Shown: piece by piece, positions 19,522 to 31,000 of the stretch
Numbering within the stretch: position 1 is the first letter of the stretch
Layout of the letters: every line of letters starts with the position of its first letter
Assembly: GCA_001890965.1 (NCBI GenBank)
Contig: MLAY01000008.1
Span: forward strand, 552,341-616,340
Direction: 5' to 3'
From: a marine bacterium AO1-C
Lineage (GTDB): Bacteria; Bacteroidota; Bacteroidia; Cytophagales; Microscillaceae
Length of the DNA stretch: 64,000 nucleotides
Program-made: the position numbers and the translations under genes
Notes under the pieces: generated by a model
The model's input: the letters and a program-made list of their open reading frames with translations, nothing else
Told to the model about the DNA's origin: nothing
The model's database searches: none

Positions 19522-20697
19522 TTAGAGTTTTGCATTGATTTTATCAAGCAACTCTTTGGCATATTTAATATTCCCTTTTTCTTGCTTGGCCAAAACAATG
19601 GATTCTTCAACTACTTTTTTGGCTTCTGCATAACGCTCCAACTTAAACAGCAACTGAGCTTTAACATATACATTGCCATAGATTTTCCTCAGTTCTATAG
19701 AACGTTTTATCCAGTCTAAAGCTTTTTCTAAACGCTTAGTATCCAGCTTATCTTTGCTGAAAGCATAGCTATAAGCAGTCATTGCAAAATTCATAGGGTT
19801 TTCACAGTAATTGTCCAGATAACGGCAATCATAATGAAAACTTTTCTCCTTGTCACTTCCATAAAACAAGTACTCAGCTTTTGCAATGTATTTATCAGCT
19901 GATTTTCCCAATATTTTGCTCAGGTTCTTTTTAAAGGCGGTAAGTTGGTCTTTATCCTTAGATTTACTGATGCTTCGCATTTCAGGCTCTATTCCTTTTT
20001 CAATAAATTTATTTACCTCTCGTTTGTTCTTTGCCAATTTCACAAACTTGTCCTGATTGTTCAGCACATAGCCAAAAGCTTCTTGTGAATATTTGGTCAC
20101 AAATTCTTTGATAAATTCCCAGCCTTCAGCAGTAGCCCAATTATTTTTGCCCAATTGGTTTAAATACGTTTCGGTGGGTTTGGTAAAGTCTTGACGAGCA
20201 CCTTTTGCTGCTATAATGTATTTCTTAAGAAAAGCCTTATCTTTTTCACCTTTCTCAAAGCGGCGTTGCATGGTGTAAAACTGGTTTTCAGGGTTCAATG
20301 CATTATTGGCTTGTTTCAATAATTTTTTAGCTGGATAAGCACCTAAGGTTTTATGCACGATTTCGCCTTGAGGATTAAAGTACACCAATGTTGGAAAAGC
20401 ACGTATTTCGTATTTTTTTGCAAAATCTACACCTTCTCCTTTTTCCATGTCCATTTTAAAAGATACAAAGTGTTTGTTGAAAAAATCGCCTACTTTTTTT
20501 TGAGGAAATATTTTCTTGGACTGCCATTTACAAGGGCCACACCAGGTAGTGTAGGCATCCACAAAAATGTGTTTGTTTTCGGCTTTGGCCTTGGCTTTTA
20601 TTTCAGCCCAAGTGCCTTTTTCAAATTTGATTCCTTGAGCAATGGTAAAGTTTGCAAACAAGCCCAGCAGTAAAAGGATATTTAATATTTTTTTCAT
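19522..20697 (-). CDS. Thioredoxin-family protein (secreted, CGPC active site) with a C-terminal alpha-helical domain; paralog 1 of 4
   Basis: Signal peptide. AYTTWCGPCKWQSKK thioredoxin motif. ~395 aa. Tandem with three paralogs. Confidence 0.75.
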   Translation of the reverse strand: MKKILNILLLLGLFANFTIAQGIKFEKGTWAEIKAKAKAENKHIFVDAYTTWCGPCKWQSKKIFPQKKVGDFFNKHFVSFKMDMEKGEGVDFAKKYEIRAFPTLVYFNPQGEIVHKTLGAYPAKKLLKQANNALNPENQFYTMQRRFEKGEKDKAFLKKYIIAAKGARQDFTKPTETYLNQLGKNNWATAEGWEFIKEFVTKYSQEAFGYVLNNQDKFVKLAKNKREVNKFIEKGIEPEMRSISKSKDKDQLTAFKKNLSKILGKSADKYIAKAEYLFYGSDKEKSFHYDCRYLDNYCENPMNFAMTAYSYAFSKDKLDTKRLEKALDWIKRSIELRKIYGNVYVKAQLLFKLERYAEAKKVVEESIVLAKQEKGNIKYAKELLDKINAKL

Positions 20698-20871
20698 TTA
20701 TGTGGTAGTTTAAGTTTAAAACACAACAATTACTATAAATATAGTCATATGACTATTAAACTAGTAATAAGTAGAAAAGTTTCATGTCCAATATACTTAT
20801 TAACAACACATAAATAAGTTTAACCACAGGTTATTTGGATGATTTAAAAGATGTATTTACTCAACAAAGCA

Positions 20872-22068
20872 TTACAATTTGGCCTCAATTTCTTCTAATT
20901 GTTTTTGAGCTTTTTGCACAAACGATTTTACTTCCTTTTTGGCCAGGGTTACTACTTCTTGAGCCACAGGATAAGCTTGTTTATAGCGTTTCATTTTTAG
21001 CAACAAGCCCACCTTTGCATTGAGATTATCTACATTACGCTTTAGCTTGATAGCTCGATTTATCCAATGTAGGGCACTGTTTAAATGTTCCAAATCAGTA
21101 TATTTATTAGTGTACATCCAAGCAGCATATAGTAGGGCTATTTCGTCGTTGGTATGATCTAAAAATTTACGGGCATATTTTAAGGATTTTTTTTCATCGG
21201 GCAGGTAATATAAATACTCCTTTCGAGCAATGGCTTCTTTTGCTTCTTCAGGAGGAAAAACCATTTTTACTTTCTTCCGGTAATCAATCAATGCTTGTTC
21301 TCTTTCTGAATGAGGCACATTCATCGCATCTTCGTTCAGTGATTTGATTAGGTATTGGCTAACAATCTTTTTACCCAAAACTTGAGCAAAACTAGCTCGG
21401 TTGTCAAGAATGTAGTTAAACTCCTTTGAAGTAGTTCTCTTCAAATAAGCTTCTATTATTTTCCAGTTTTCTGGTTTCGCCCAGTTTGCTTTTTCCTGTT
21501 GAGCCAAGTACGCACTCAATGGTTTATCGTAGGGTTCATTTGCCAGGCTCAATGCTTTGATATAACGCTTTAGAAAATCGTTTTCTCTAGCTCCGGCTTT
21601 ATATCGCCTTTGTTGAGCCATCAATTGGGTTTTGGGGTCTAGGGCCTGACGAGCTGCATCTATAATTTTAGCTGCTCCGCCAGAGCCTTTGACAATATGC
21701 ACCAGATTTCCCTGGGGGTCAAAATAAAGCAAGGTAGGATATGATGTCACTTGGTACTTTTTGGCAAACGCAACGCCTTCTCCTTTTTCCATATCCAATT
21801 CGTAACTCACCAAGTGTTGATTATAAACATCTCCTACCTCTTTCAAAGGAAAGACCTTCTTCCTCAGGTATTTGCAAGGGCCACACCAGGTAGTATAAGC
21901 ATCTACAAATATGAATTTATTCTCTTTTTTGGCTTTCGTCTGAATTTCGCTCCAGGTACCTTTTTCAAATTTGATCCCTTGTCCAAGTACTACACTACTC
22001 ACCCAGGCAATAAGAGTGACCACACATAAAATCGTTCTCATATAATTTAAAAGTTTGATTGGTTTCAC
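20872..22068 (-). CDS. Thioredoxin-family protein; paralog 2 of 4 (most divergent)
   Basis: AYTTWCGPCKYLRKK motif. The start may be the internal M at 22041. No terminator copy downstream, unlike the other three. Confidence 0.7.
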   Translation of the reverse strand: MKPIKLLNYMRTILCVVTLIAWVSSVVLGQGIKFEKGTWSEIQTKAKKENKFIFVDAYTTWCGPCKYLRKKVFPLKEVGDVYNQHLVSYELDMEKGEGVAFAKKYQVTSYPTLLYFDPQGNLVHIVKGSGGAAKIIDAARQALDPKTQLMAQQRRYKAGARENDFLKRYIKALSLANEPYDKPLSAYLAQQEKANWAKPENWKIIEAYLKRTTSKEFNYILDNRASFAQVLGKKIVSQYLIKSLNEDAMNVPHSEREQALIDYRKKVKMVFPPEEAKEAIARKEYLYYLPDEKKSLKYARKFLDHTNDEIALLYAAWMYTNKYTDLEHLNSALHWINRAIKLKRNVDNLNAKVGLLLKMKRYKQAYPVAQEVVTLAKKEVKSFVQKAQKQLEEIEAKL

Positions 22069-22121
22069 ATAAAATACGTATTGTATTGACTAGACGCGAC
22101 TTATTTGTGTAAAGCAAACCA

Positions 22122-22158
22122 TCAAAAAAAGCCTATTTCTCGTAAGAAACAGGCCCTT
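22122..22158 (-). terminator. Terminator hairpin copy (gcctatttc-tcgtaa-gaaacaggc) downstream of thioredoxin paralog 3
   Basis: Same hairpin-plus-A-run unit as at 19465-19500, with one mismatch in the stem. Confidence 0.5.
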
Positions 22159-22178
22159 AAATATTGGTTGATTAAGTA

Positions 22179-23366
22179 TTATAACTTCGCATTGATTTTC
22201 TTTAGCAAGGCCTGTGCTCCTCCTGGACTTCCCCCTATTTTTTTGGACAAAGCAATAGATTCTTCCGCTACTTTTTTGGCTTCCTGATAACGCTTCAATT
22301 TATATAATAAGCGCGCTTGGGTACTGGTATTATACCAAGTCTTTTTTAGCTTCACCGATTTTTCGGCCCACACCAATGCTTTTTCCAGTTTTTGAGGATC
22401 ATTCGTAATTAAACTATACCTGGCCGCCATACCGCCTAAATCCTGAGAACCATTGCAATAATTATCATAATACTTGCAGACATACCGAAAAGCTTTTTCT
22501 TTATCTTTGTCAAGATAAAAGAACCAAAAATCTGCTTTAGTCAAGAGCTTTTCAACGTCTCTCTTTTGAACAAATACTTTTCTCAATCTTCGCTTCAATG
22601 AATCTAATTGGGCCTCACTTTTATCTTTAGAAAACGCTACTTTTTTCATGTCCTCTTCTAACACCTTTTCGATATAATTTTTCACGTTCTCTTTTTTCTT
22701 AGCCACTTGCTCAAACTTTGCTTGGTTTTTTAAGACATATTCAAAAGCTACTGCTGAAGGTTTTTCCACATATTGACTTATAAATTCCCAACCTTTGGTG
22801 GTGGCCCATTTGTCTTTACCCAGTTGGTTCAAGTATAGTGTAACGGGTTCAGTAATATCCTCGAAGGCAGTTTTCAAAGTCTTGATGTATTTCTCCAGGA
22901 ACTCATTGCTTTTTTCTCCTTTCTCAAAACGGCGTTGTAAAGTAAAAACCTGAGTTTCAGGGTTCAAGGCGTCTGCAGTCAGTTTCAGTAATATGTCAGC
23001 TGGCGCAGCCCCTCCAATTTTATGAACTATTTGGCCTTGGGGGCTAAAATATAGCAAGGTAGGATATGCACTTATCTTGTATTTTTTAGCAAAAGCAGGC
23101 CCTTCTCCCTTTTCTGTATTCACCTTATAAGACACAAAATGCTTGTTGAAAAAATCGCCTACTTTTTTTTGAGGAAAGACTTTTTTGGATTGCCACTGAC
23201 AGGGGCCACACCAAACAGTGTAGGCATCTACAAAAATGTACTTGTTTTCAGCTTTGGCTTTGGCTTTTATTTCCGTCCAGGTGCCTTTTTCAAACTTAAT
23301 CCCTTGAGCAATCGTGGTATTGGCAAGCCAACCTATCAGTATTAATGTATAGAATGTAACTTTCAT
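22179..23366 (-). CDS. Thioredoxin-family protein; paralog 3 of 4
   Basis: AYTVWCGPCQWQSKK motif. Same architecture as the others. Confidence 0.75.
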   Translation of the reverse strand: MKVTFYTLILIGWLANTTIAQGIKFEKGTWTEIKAKAKAENKYIFVDAYTVWCGPCQWQSKKVFPQKKVGDFFNKHFVSYKVNTEKGEGPAFAKKYKISAYPTLLYFSPQGQIVHKIGGAAPADILLKLTADALNPETQVFTLQRRFEKGEKSNEFLEKYIKTLKTAFEDITEPVTLYLNQLGKDKWATTKGWEFISQYVEKPSAVAFEYVLKNQAKFEQVAKKKENVKNYIEKVLEEDMKKVAFSKDKSEAQLDSLKRRLRKVFVQKRDVEKLLTKADFWFFYLDKDKEKAFRYVCKYYDNYCNGSQDLGGMAARYSLITNDPQKLEKALVWAEKSVKLKKTWYNTSTQARLLYKLKRYQEAKKVAEESIALSKKIGGSPGGAQALLKKINAKL

Positions 23367-23440
23367 CTTTTGAACAATTTAATTGATAACAACCTACACA
23401 GTTCTATACTTGATGGCTTTAAAAAATGGAGCCGATTTAT

Positions 23441-23475
23441 AAAAAAAGCCTGTCTCTCGTAAGAAACAGGCTCTT
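23441..23475 (-). terminator. Terminator hairpin copy (gcctgtctctc-gtaa-gaaacaggc) downstream of thioredoxin paralog 4
   Basis: Hairpin 23448-23471 with an aaaaaaa run on the plus strand. Confidence 0.55.
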
Positions 23476-23495
23476 AAATCTTGATTGATTAAGTA

Positions 23496-24668
23496 TTATA
23501 ATTTCGCATTGATTTTTTCTAACAATGCTTTGGTTTCTTTGGCATTTTGCTTGGCTTCTTTGGCCAAAGCTATAGATTCTTCAGCAACCTTTTTGGCTTC
23601 TTTGTAACGCTTAAGCTTAAATAACAAGTGGGCTTGAGTATCGGTATTGAACGATTTTTTCATCAATTTTACTGATTGTTGTGCCCAGCCTAAAGCCTTT
23701 TCTAAACGCTCAGTATCATTGTACTTTTTGTAATAGCCCCACGCAATGCTGTTAAACTCATAGGCATTGTCACAGTACTTATCAAAGTACTTGCAGGCAT
23801 ATTGCATGGCTTTTTCTTTGTCTCCAGCATAAAACATATATTCGGCCTTGGCAATGTGCTTGTCGGCATCTTTCCCAAATACATCCTTTAATTTCTTTTT
23901 GAAAGTAGTCAGCTGTTTTTTGTCTTTGGAACGAGCTACTCCGCGCATATCCATCATCAACACACGAGTGATATACTTCTCTACTTTTTCTTTGCTTTCA
24001 GCTGCTTTTTCAAACTTAGCCTGGTTTTTCATTACATACTCAAAAGCCTCTGCAGAAGACTTACGTACATACTTGCTGATAAACTTCCAACCTTCGGCAG
24101 TAGCCCATTTGTCTTTGCCCAATTGCGCCAGATACATGTCAGCAGGCTTGCTGAAATCCTCATAGGCACCTTCTAAAGCAGCAATATATTTTTGCAGAAA
24201 CTCATTACTTTTTTCTCCTTTTTCAAAACGACGCTTCAAAGTAAATACCTGGGTCTCGGGGTTTAGCGCATTGGCTGCAGCTTTTAGTAGTACCTTAGCA
24301 GGGTAGGCACCTACGGTTTTATGCACCATTTCGCCTTGGGGGTTAAAATATACCAAAGTAGGATAAGCTCTTACTTTGTATTTTTTTGCAAAGTCAACTC
24401 CTTCTCCTTTTTCCATATCCATTTTAAAAGAGATATAGTTTTTATTGAAAAAGTCACCTACTTCTTTTTGAGGGAATACTTTTTTGGATTGCCACTTACA
24501 AGGGCCACACCAGGTAGTATAGGCATCTACAAAAATGTGCTTGTTTTCGGCTTTGGCTTTAGCCTTAATTTCAGACCAGGAGCCTTTCTGAAAGGCAATT
24601 CCTTGAGCACCTGCGGTAAAGGCGGCTAGTAGTAAAAAAGCAAAGAGGGGTAAAAATTTATGCTTCAT
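23496..24668 (-). CDS. Thioredoxin-family protein; paralog 4 of 4
   Basis: AYTTWCGPCKWQSKK motif. ATG at 24668 (MKHKFLPLFAFLLLAAF, a signal peptide) is preferred over the longer ORF start at 24731. Confidence 0.75.
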   Translation of the reverse strand: MKHKFLPLFAFLLLAAFTAGAQGIAFQKGSWSEIKAKAKAENKHIFVDAYTTWCGPCKWQSKKVFPQKEVGDFFNKNYISFKMDMEKGEGVDFAKKYKVRAYPTLVYFNPQGEMVHKTVGAYPAKVLLKAAANALNPETQVFTLKRRFEKGEKSNEFLQKYIAALEGAYEDFSKPADMYLAQLGKDKWATAEGWKFISKYVRKSSAEAFEYVMKNQAKFEKAAESKEKVEKYITRVLMMDMRGVARSKDKKQLTTFKKKLKDVFGKDADKHIAKAEYMFYAGDKEKAMQYACKYFDKYCDNAYEFNSIAWGYYKKYNDTERLEKALGWAQQSVKLMKKSFNTDTQAHLLFKLKRYKEAKKVAEESIALAKEAKQNAKETKALLEKINAKL

Positions 24669-24866
24669 TGTGTATTGTAGTTTAAGGGTGATTGATTTAT
24701 GTTGAGTTAAATTAATGATTTTTTGCCTCAATGATGTTCTTCCAGCCCAAATAGTTGCTTTCTTCGCAAGAAATTATGCTTTCTTTAGTATTTAGCCTGC
24801 TTTTTTTTCTTAACCTTTTACCTTTGCATCCGGTTATTTAAGCAATCAAAATAAGTATACTGGTTT

Positions 24867-26492
24867 ATGACCAATGCCACTCAAATTCCTGTAAAAAAAA
24901 TCTTGATTTTGGCGCTTGTCTGTATCCTTGGCTTGTGGCTAAGTTGGCAAGTATATCCTATATTTTTATTGGTGGGATTTGTACCTATTTTAATGATAGA
25001 AACCGAAATCGTTCCTCAAAAGCGGGGTGGTTTTAAGTTTTGGCTGGCGTGCTTACTTATTATGCTTGGCTGGAATGCCCTGACTACCTGGTGGCTCGCC
25101 CTGGCTACTATACCAGGTGCTATAGCAGCCATTACATTGAATGGCCTATTTATGACGCTTCCTTTTGTTTGTTATAGAATCACTAAACAAGCACTTGGCA
25201 ATAATTATGGCTATTTCACTTTTGTGCTTTATTGGCTAAGCTTCGAGTACTTGCATTTACACTGGGACATCTCGTGGAGTTGGCTTACCCTAGGCAATGC
25301 CTTTGCCCAAACTACCAACTGGGTGCAATGGTACGAATATACTGGGGTGCTGGGTGGTTCGCTTTGGGTACTAATGCTTAATCTATTGGCTTATTTTATA
25401 GTCAAAAGCACATTGGGGCATAATCGTCGCACTTATGCTATTTACCTGGCACTGCTACTCTTTGTCCCCATCATTGCTTCTTATATCATCAAACCTTCTT
25501 TTGCTAATACAAAACGCCAAACGATAGAGGTAGCCCTGGTACAGCCCAATATTGATCCGCATACCCAAAAATTTCGCAATAACAAAGGCTTTATTCCTTA
25601 TCAGGTACAATTGAAACAGTTTCTCAAACAAGCAAAGTCAGTAGTAACTCCTCAAACCCAAATACTTCTTTTCCCCGAAACCGCTTTTGATGAACAATAC
25701 ATTGAGCCTCAAGTACCCAATTATGGTGTGTTCCAGCAGATCAATACCTTTCTGGCCAAAAATCCCCAACTGTCGCTTATGACAGGGGCCACCACAGCCA
25801 AGTTTTATGGTCGTTCGGCTACTACACCTACCGCACGTCGACACAAAACGCTGAATAAATATTATGATGTATTCAACACCGCTATTTGGCTAAGAGCAAA
25901 GCAAGCACCTGAATTTTATCATAAGTCGAAGCTGGTAGCTGGGGTAGAAACACTTCCTTATCCTGAAGTTTTTTCTATTTTTAATTCCTTATTGCTTGAC
26001 TTGGGAGGTACTACTGGATCGTATGGTACTCAAACAGAACGAAGTATTTTCCAGACACAAGATAGCACCTGGGTAGCTCCGTTGATTTGTTTTGAATCTT
26101 TGCATGGAGATTTTACTACGGCTTATGTAAATCAACAAGCCCAGCTCTTAACGGTAATTACCAATGATGGATGGTGGGGTGATACCGAGGGGCATCGTAA
26201 ACACTTTGCTTATACTCGATTGCGTGCCATAGAAACACGCCGAGCAATTGCTTTCTGTGCCAATACGGGTACTTCTGGATTTATAGACGTAACAGGTGAG
26301 ATACTACAAAAATCAGCTTATAATACACCAGCAGCATTGACGCAGAAAATACCAGTAAATCAAAAAATAACCATTTATACCCAATATGGCGACTACATCG
26401 GGCGACTTGCCGCCTTTTTGGCGGTGGGTTTACTACTTACTTTATTCGTTAAGCGAATTACAGGAGGTAAGACAGGAGCTTTGAAGAAATGA
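24867..26492 (+). CDS. lnt: Apolipoprotein N-acyltransferase
   Basis: N-terminal polytopic membrane region followed by a carbon-nitrogen hydrolase domain (LVQPNIDP, FPETAF, CFESLHGDF, ITNDGWWGDTEG) characteristic of Lnt. Confidence 0.8.
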   Translation: MTNATQIPVKKILILALVCILGLWLSWQVYPIFLLVGFVPILMIETEIVPQKRGGFKFWLACLLIMLGWNALTTWWLALATIPGAIAAITLNGLFMTLPFVCYRITKQALGNNYGYFTFVLYWLSFEYLHLHWDISWSWLTLGNAFAQTTNWVQWYEYTGVLGGSLWVLMLNLLAYFIVKSTLGHNRRTYAIYLALLLFVPIIASYIIKPSFANTKRQTIEVALVQPNIDPHTQKFRNNKGFIPYQVQLKQFLKQAKSVVTPQTQILLFPETAFDEQYIEPQVPNYGVFQQINTFLAKNPQLSLMTGATTAKFYGRSATTPTARRHKTLNKYYDVFNTAIWLRAKQAPEFYHKSKLVAGVETLPYPEVFSIFNSLLLDLGGTTGSYGTQTERSIFQTQDSTWVAPLICFESLHGDFTTAYVNQQAQLLTVITNDGWWGDTEGHRKHFAYTRLRAIETRRAIAFCANTGTSGFIDVTGEILQKSAYNTPAALTQKIPVNQKITIYTQYGDYIGRLAAFLAVGLLLTLFVKRITGGKTGALKK

Positions 26493-26658
26493 GTAGTTTG
26501 ACAATTTTAACATATTTCATTGTTGTATTACTACATTGTTAGTTCCTTCGGCTTCGTTCAGGACAGTACGTTTCGCAATGCAACACTAAAATATACTTGT
26601 TCAAAACTTATTTTTGCAAGCGCAAAAAGCCATTGGGCAACGAAACCATACTATCGAA

Positions 26659-27450
26659 ATGAATTTACAAAAGATTACCGAAGAGGTTATTCAAATTACC
26701 AAGGATGTAGGCTATTTCATCCGTACCGAACTCCAAAACTTTGACCGCTCCTTTATTGAGTATAAAGGTAAAAACGATTTAGTGTCTTATGTAGACAAAA
26801 AAGCAGAGCAAAGTCTCATTAAAGCATTACGAGAGGTGCTTCCTGAAGCAGGGTTTGTATCAGAAGAAGACCCACAAAATCATCAGCTCTCCGACAAAGA
26901 ATATCACTGGGTAATTGACCCGCTGGATGGTACTACTAACTTTTTACATGGATTACCAGTATTTGCCATCAGCATTGCTTTGATGCAGGGTAAAGAAATT
27001 GTAGCTGGAGTGGTATTCGAAATCAACCGTAGTGAATGCTTTTACGCCTGGAAAGATGGTGGAGCTTATCTGGATCAAGCCAAAATTCATGTTTCCCGCG
27101 CCGATTCATTGAGCGAAAGCCTATTGGCTACTGGGTTTCCTTACTACAACTTTGAAAAAATGGAGCAATATCTTACCATTTTGAATGGGTTTATGCAACA
27201 CACCCACGGACTTCGTCGCTTTGGCTCGGCGGCAGTAGATTTGGCCTACGTAGCTTGTGGACGTTTTGAAGGATTTTTTGAATATAACCTCAAGCCCTGG
27301 GATGTAGCCGCTGGTGCCTTATTGGTACAAGAAGCAGGAGGCATGGTAAGCACTTTCAATGGAGGTGATGATTACATTTTCGGCCGTGAAATCGTAGCAA
27401 GCGGACTCATTCACGACGAAATGCTGGAAGTAATCGGAAAACATTGGTAA
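26659..27450 (+). CDS. Inositol monophosphatase family protein (SuhB/IMPase-like)
   Basis: WVIDPLDGTTNFLHGLP metal-binding motif and the WDVAAG motif. ATG at 26659 is preferred over the upstream TTG. Confidence 0.8.
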   Translation: MNLQKITEEVIQITKDVGYFIRTELQNFDRSFIEYKGKNDLVSYVDKKAEQSLIKALREVLPEAGFVSEEDPQNHQLSDKEYHWVIDPLDGTTNFLHGLPVFAISIALMQGKEIVAGVVFEINRSECFYAWKDGGAYLDQAKIHVSRADSLSESLLATGFPYYNFEKMEQYLTILNGFMQHTHGLRRFGSAAVDLAYVACGRFEGFFEYNLKPWDVAAGALLVQEAGGMVSTFNGGDDYIFGREIVASGLIHDEMLEVIGKHW

Positions 27451-27468
27451 TAACTCTCCCTTGTTTAT

Positions 27469-27819
27469 TTAGGAAGGTAATGGATAAGTCAGTTTCTTGT
27501 CCATTACTTTTTGGAATATTACCTTTTCCACGGCTGCCCAATCTTCATAACCTAAAAACTGTACAATCTTTTCTTGATTGATCGTATTGAGTTTTCCCAA
27601 ACATTTGGTAGTGGCTTCACTATTAAACAATCGTTTGAGGGTAGAAATGCTTATGTCGGTCATAGAAGATAAATTCCTAAAATCCTTATAGGTACAATCT
27701 TCAGGCTTTTGGGGTATTCTTTTGCAATAGGTAAGACCGCTGGCAGGTCTTCCCAGCAGTTCATTAGCCCTTTCCAAGATCATTAGGGCAATTGTTTTTT
27801 TTAAAATTCGGGTTAGCAT
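27469..27819 (-). CDS. Small HTH-like protein; paralog A of a pair that brackets the lanthipeptide biosynthetic genes
   Basis: Shares with 33125..33442 the blocks MILE(R/T)A, DFR(N/Y)LS..T.ISI(S/T)TLKRLFN(S/C)EA and QKI..FLGY..W..VE.VI. The S..T..RL block resembles an HTH recognition helix. Confidence 0.5.
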   Translation of the reverse strand: MLTRILKKTIALMILERANELLGRPASGLTYCKRIPQKPEDCTYKDFRNLSSMTDISISTLKRLFNSEATTKCLGKLNTINQEKIVQFLGYEDWAAVEKVIFQKVMDKKLTYPLPS

Positions 27820-28096
27820 ATCGGTATTGTTAGGTATAGACAACTGCAAACGCAGGCACTCTATAGGTTTACGAAATAGCTGCTCGAATTGAAGGAAATG
27901 GATCACTTATTTCTTAGAAGCTGTTTGAGTTTTAGTCATAGAAATTGTTATAGGTTATTTTGAGTCTAATTAAAGCTCATTTTTGATACATAGCCTGTAG
28001 CTACGTGCGAAAAAACAGCTAAAACGTAGGCCCAAAAGAGCCATCACAAAAATATTGAATAGAATTCGAACAGCTTCTGAGACATTCTCTCAACTC

Positions 28097-31000
28097 TTAA
28101 TCATTTTCAGCCATCACCTCTGGCTGATTCGTTTGTTTTTTCTTCGCTCTGGCAATAGTGGAACGATAATGCTGAAAAAGAAAGTCGTACAATACTACTT
28201 CGTGGATGCGTTGTTTAGAACGTAGTAATCGATTAACCATCATATGGATATAACTCGGCAACATGATATTTAGTTGACCTTGCGTTCCATTTGCCTCACA
28301 AATAGTGTGTATTTCTTGAATAATACCTTTCCAGGCTTGAGAACGTTGCTCAAAACAATCAAATGCGGCAGCCAGTGGGTGGGTATTATCGTATGAAGTC
28401 ACCATTATTTCTTGCACCTTAGTACGGGCTTCGCGATATTTTTGACTCAACTGTTTCTTGGCCGCTTTGTCGGTAAAGTTAAAATCTCGGGCAAAATTGT
28501 CTTTCATGTTTTCTATCAACTGCAAGCGCTGGTGCAAATCCAACCCAAAATCGGCCATCAATGCATCTGCACCTCTCAAAGCCAACAACCAACGAAATTC
28601 TTCTATTTCTTCGCCTTCGAATAAGCTTAAAATATTGGCTACTGCCTGACTATCATGGCAAAATAGTTTCTCTGAAAGCTCCATTGTGGCCGCTCCATAG
28701 CGTTCCACTTCGCGCACATAAGTATCGGTATGGAAGTTACTCACCAAACCAGTGCTCACGTAAGGTTCCAGGGCTTGATGCAGCAAGGCAATTACTTGGG
28801 CATAAAACAAGCCTTTACCCTTAAAACGCACTCTCAAATGGCTTTTTGGATCTATATAACGCAAGAAAAACCATTCTTCAATGATTTGTTCCGACAAAAG
28901 TTGATCGGCTACTGGTTTGATCACTTCGGTAATGATTTGATCAGCGATCTTAGCCCCACAATATATTTTTAGATAAAACCATTCTGACCCTAAAGCAAAT
29001 TCACGGGTAATTTGCTGGTCAGTAACCGTAAACAGGTTGGTATTAGTTGGCGACTGGACATCAGCCTGATTTGCATTGGTGGTATAATGAAAAGGCACCA
29101 CAATTTCATTGGTAAAGCTTCCTTCTGGGCCAGTGGCCAACAAGTTTTGTTCATGAAACAAAGATTCCTCTAAAACCGCCACATAAGAAGGTTTGTACAA
29201 GCTCAACAATATTTTGATGGGCCATAGCTGCGATAAATCCAATGGAAGTTTATTGTCTCCAAAAACAGCCGTTATATGTTGGGGTATTTGCAATCGGTCA
29301 CGCAGAGCCTGCATTTTTTCTACTTTGTGCGCATCGCTTGCATCTCTTACCTCCTTTAAATCTTCGGCTTTCACTTTCCATCGGGCCTTGCTCAAAATGG
29401 CTTTGCCCAAGGTTACTCTTGGCAACCAATCAGCATTTTCGAGATGCAGCCAACTCCAGGTTACACCATTGGCAAATTGGGTTTGCAAGTCACACAAGAA
29501 GTAGTATACTGGAACCGATTTCGTTTCATAATTATGAGCAGAACTTAAACGAGGGATTACTTCTTTGCCCAGTTTTTTAGAAAATAAAATCAAACGATCA
29601 TCGTGGATTTTCAGCCATAAATCAGCCAAAGCAATGGTATATGCTTCGTCTACTGCGGTAGTAGCCATTACTGGAATCTCATAATCGCGTAATACCGCTC
29701 GTTGCAATACATTGCCCAAACGAGCCATGGGCAAATGCACAATCTCTGCCAAAATTGCTTCAGGAAAGGCCGCTTGTTCTTTCTCAAAAGTATGTTTTAG
29801 CAAATCGGTGAGTTCTTCTCCTTCATAACAAAAACGCCCCAACATTTTACCTACTGATGCTCCGCCAGCTGAGGTAACCGCTACCTGAAACTTCCCCTGA
29901 TCTACCGCCTCGGGCGATGCAGCTAACACATTGCCTAAAAAGCTAAAAGTAGTTCCCAACTGAAGGTCTTCAGGGCGAGTAAATAGTTTTTCCAGTTCGT
30001 CTTTTGACAATTCTATATTGGCCTTGCCCTGGTGCAAAGCTTCATAATATTTTTCTTGTAAATAATGCGTCCAGGCACTCAGTTCTAAAGAAGCGTTAGA
30101 AGCTCGGCCATTTTTTGCCAATACCAAGTCATCTACCAAAGGAGTAAAGTCTGCTGAGTCTTGATGCTTAAGTGGATATCCCAGGCCAACTTCACTATCT
30201 AAGGCCTGTAGCAATGGTACGGCTTGTTGCTCATACTTTTGCCGAAAATCTACCTTAAAACTCTCTAAGTCTAGATTGGGAGCATTACCTTTGATCAAAA
30301 ATAGCCATTCTACTGCTTCAACTATTTCTTTGGCTACTTGTGGGTGCAAAGTATTTTGGATGGTAGCTTTTTGCATATCTACTTGAAACAGCTCTCCCGC
30401 CTTTATTTCTTGGCCTTTTGCATCCAATTGTTGCGCGAGTGCTTCGATTGCTTGCTGGATTTGGCGATAACGATCTACCTCTACTCCTAGCGGTTGGTGA
30501 TCAATCGCCTGCATTTGTTGAGCGATTTGCTCTAAAGCGTTTACCAATGTCCCCTGTGAAGGAATTGTTTGAAGAATTTCGATTAAACGCCCTAAAAACT
30601 CTTCTCCGGTAACCGTGGGTTCTAACTCACTTAACAATAACTGACTCTCAATGAGTGCCTCAATAAACTCACTGGCTTCTTCCAGGGTAGTTTCGTCGTC
30701 TACAAACAGGTTGGCCAAATCTATAATTTTGGCCCCTTGTTGGGCTTGCTGCAAGACTAACTCTATAAATTCTGAATTGTCTACATCTACCAAATGTAAA
30801 GTTCGTCCTTTTTCCTGCAAACGATATTCGAGGTAGCGTAAATAGTCTCCTACTTTATATAAGGTAGGATTGGGGTAAAATTTTAAATGAGGTTTGATTG
30901 CGGGCCTTTCGGCCAATTGAATTGCAAAATTGCCAAGAAACCCCATGTCGAGTCGGGTATGTCGTTGATTATGTTCGTTCTCGGCAAACTTTACCTGAGT

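Noticed and set aside
27917-28075. 10-bp inverted repeat (agaagctgtt / aacagcttct) flanking the 190-bp spacer between the HTH paralog and LanB
   Set aside because: A 10-bp inverted match within 200 bp is expected several times by chance in 64 kb. No further structure around it.
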